DNA of 18,325 nucleotides from Candidatus Woesearchaeota archaeon (GTDB lineage Archaea; Nanobdellota; Nanobdellia; Woesearchaeales; SKGA01): NCBI GenBank assembly GCA_016926395.1, contig JAFGOT010000030.1, positions 1 to 18,325 of the forward strand, read 5' to 3'. Shown piece by piece: positions 16,244 to 18,325 of this stretch (position 1 is its first letter; each line of letters starts with the position of its first letter). The notes under the pieces were generated by a model. It saw only the letters and a program-made list of their open reading frames with translations, ran no database searches and was not told where the DNA came from. The position numbers and the translations under genes were made by a program.

Positions 16244-17186
16244 ATACAGATTAAAAAATTTTCCAATTAATGTTTTAGCAATAGTTTTAGGTTTAGCAGG
16301 TTTTACTCTTGCTCTACAAAAATCTTTTCCTTTATTTACTTCGATAAAATTTTATGTTCCTTTTCTTTACTTAACGATTCTATCTGCAATTACTGTTGTT
16401 GTTATTTATACAATAAAATCGATTAAATTTCCTAATGAAACTAAAAAAGAATTTACTCATCCAATAAAAATAAATTTTTTCCCTATTATTGCTAAAGTTT
16501 TCTTAATATTAAGTGTTATTTATTTAGACATTAATATTATTTTATCTAAGTACTTATTTTTTATAGGTGCTGTTTTACAAATTGGTTTTTCAGTATTGTT
16601 GCTTTCAATTTGGATTAAGCATGATCATGATTGGAAAAATCTTAATCCTTCTTGGTTTATTCCTATTGTGGGTAATGTTATTGTTCCAATTACTGGTGTC
16701 GCTCATGGTTTTGTTGAGTTATCTTGGTTTTTCTTCGCGATTGGTCTAATAATGTGGTTAACTTTATTCATCATTGTTTTCAACAGAATAATTTTTCACC
16801 ACCCTTTGCCAAAGAAGTTAATTCCAACAATGTTTATTTTATTTGCACCTCCTGCGATTGCGTTTATTGCTTACATTAAAATTACTGGTAGCTTTGATGC
16901 TTTTGCAAGAGTTTTATATTATGGCTCTGCTTTTTTAGCGTTAGTAATTTTCCTTCAAGTTAGACAGTATTCAAAGCTTCCCTTTTTTATTTCTTGGTGG
17001 GCTTATACTTTTCCAACTGCTGCTTTAACTGTAGCTACAACTTTGATGTTTCACGAGTCAGGTTTGATATTTTTCAAATTTTTAGTTGTTGGACTAATGG
17101 TTTTATTAACTTTTATATTGGGATTGACTTTGTTTAAGACTATTCAGTCTATTAATGGACGGGAGATTTGTATTGAAGAAGATTGA
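16236..17186 (+). CDS. TDT-family (TehA/SLAC1) anion channel
   Basis: About 10 hydrophobic segments; NPSWFIP.VGN, LIPTMFILFAPPA, F.ISWWAYTFP motifs; ATG 16236 overlaps the DUF134 stop (ATGAATGA). Confidence 0.9.
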   Translation: MNEYRLKNFPINVLAIVLGLAGFTLALQKSFPLFTSIKFYVPFLYLTILSAITVVVIYTIKSIKFPNETKKEFTHPIKINFFPIIAKVFLILSVIYLDINIILSKYLFFIGAVLQIGFSVLLLSIWIKHDHDWKNLNPSWFIPIVGNVIVPITGVAHGFVELSWFFFAIGLIMWLTLFIIVFNRIIFHHPLPKKLIPTMFILFAPPAIAFIAYIKITGSFDAFARVLYYGSAFLALVIFLQVRQYSKLPFFISWWAYTFPTAALTVATTLMFHESGLIFFKFLVVGLMVLLTFILGLTLFKTIQSINGREICIEED

Positions 17187-17208
17187 GGTTGTAAATATTA
17201 CAAAATAA

Positions 17209-17540
17209 CTTATTTTAATACTTATTGTGGAGAAAAAAGATGATTCTGAATTGTCTTTACATTTTGGTCATGCATTATTATTTGCTTTGTATCATAAAGA
17301 TGAAGATAGATTGGAGTTTGTAGATAATTCTCTTACTCATGATAATTTTTCAAAAACAGCTGCTGACGAAACTATTGAAGTGTTTCATCCATCTGAAATG
17401 TTTGTAAGAAAATTGGTAAGCGAGCTGTAGATATTTTTGAGGCAAAAGGTGTTAAAGTCAATGTTATGACGGCCGGTAATTTGGCTGATGTCATAACTCA
17501 ATTAAGAATTAGTTTAGATTATGATGAGCTCCTTGTTTAA
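17209..17540 (+). pseudogene. Frameshifted NifB/NifX-family (dinitrogenase FeMo-cofactor-like) gene
   Basis: Frame 1 gives LILILIVEKKDDSELSLHFGHA..FALY; the -1 frame continues KKIGKRAVDIFEAKGVKV...LLV* to 17540. The shift lies between 17397 and 17427. No ATG. Confidence 0.7.
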
Positions 17541-17564
17541 CTATTTTTCCCCACTATTTGACTA

Positions 17565-18325
17565 TCAAATATGTTTCTTGTTCATTTTTTCTGTCGATAG
17601 TTTTTTTATTTTATTGTATATTTGTATTATGATAAAGAATAATGCATTAAGTAACACAATTGTACCTGATACTGCAAAGTCAAATGTGTATGCAAGATAA
17701 ATCCCTAGAATAACGCTCGTTACTGCTATCATTGCTGAAGCAATTAATGTGTTTCTAAAACTTAGTTTTAACTGTAGTGCTGAAGCTGCAGGAATAATAA
17801 TAAGTGATGATACTAGCATTAGTCCAACTACTCTCATAGAACTTACAACAATAAATGCTGTTAAAAATATTAATGCTGCATTGAGTATTCCTGTTTTTAT
17901 TCCGAATGTTTTTGACGCAGTCTCATCAAAAGTCATGGAGAATAATTCGTTATAAAAGAAATATATTATAGCAATAACAATTAATGCTAGCGCAATTGAT
18001 ATTATCATTTCACTTTGCTTTATCGCAAGAATACTTCCAAATAAATAACTAAGAATATCCACATTAAAACCATTAGCAACTGATAAGATAACTATTCCTA
18101 TACCAAGACTAGCATGACTCACTATTCCTATTGCGGAGTCTCCATGCAGGTTTGTTTTTTCCTTTATTTTAAGTATTCCTAATGATCCAACTAATGAAAA
18201 TAATAACGCACCAAAGAAAGGAGTGAGATTGAAGAGTAATCCTGTTGCAACTCCACCAAATGCTATGTGTGCAAGACCATCACCCATTAATGCATACTTT
18301 CGAAGAACAAGAAAAACCCCTAATA
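17565..18325 (-). CDS. Zn/Mn metal ABC transporter permease (ZnuB/ABC-3 family), 5'-truncated by the window edge
   Basis: Frame stays open to 18325 (LGVFLVLRKYALMGDGLAHIAFGGVA); YLFGSILA, VGLMLVSSLIIIPAASA, SGTIVL motifs. Confidence 0.92.
   Translation of the reverse strand, partial: LGVFLVLRKYALMGDGLAHIAFGGVATGLLFNLTPFFGALLFSLVGSLGILKIKEKTNLHGDSAIGIVSHASLGIGIVILSVANGFNVDILSYLFGSILAIKQSEMIISIALALIVIAIIYFFYNELFSMTFDETASKTFGIKTGILNAALIFLTAFIVVSSMRVVGLMLVSSLIIIPAASALQLKLSFRNTLIASAMIAVTSVILGIYLAYTFDFAVSGTIVLLNALFFIIIQIYNKIKKLSTEKMNKKHI

Noticed and set aside
16567-17955. ORFs 16567..16749 and 17749..17955
   Set aside because: Out-of-frame or antisense shadows of the TDT channel and the ABC permease.
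1-18325. CRISPR array, rRNA, integrase or transposase gene
   Set aside because: No regularly spaced repeat-spacer array, no rRNA-like segment, and no tyrosine/serine recombinase or DDE motifs in any ORF.

Overview
AT-rich archaeal chromosome segment; a DPANN (Woesearchaeales/Pacearchaeales-like) origin is plausible but is inference. Left half is housekeeping: tRNA-Asp(GTC), tRNA-Lys(TTT) and the five-gene RNA polymerase operon rpoH-rpoB''-rpoB'-rpoA'-rpoA''. Two unusual features occur in it: 3 of 4 Cys are lost from the RpoB' C-terminal zinc motif, and the trigger loop has Asp at the Rpb1-N1082 position. Next come a structured triple-dyad spacer, a patatin, a Ski2/HelY-type helicase, AlaX-M, a pair of unknown paralogs sandwiching a HAD hydrolase, and tRNA-Gln(TTG). 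The most striking structure is directly behind tRNA-Gln: a 1155-bp islet with no integrase gene, bounded by a perfect 76-bp direct repeat and carrying only a class II Fic gene. That gene is bracketed by two 46-bp sites of identical geometry (13-bp arm, 20-bp spacer, inverted 13-bp arm, with TGT...ACA ends). The arm variants sort like hybrid recombination products. One site contains the likely TATA box and the other the stop codon. The right end holds an orphan ORF, a DUF5320-DUF134-TDT/SLAC1 channel operon ending in a frameshifted NifB/NifX-family gene, and a truncated metal ABC permease. All calls are by eye; no databases were searched.
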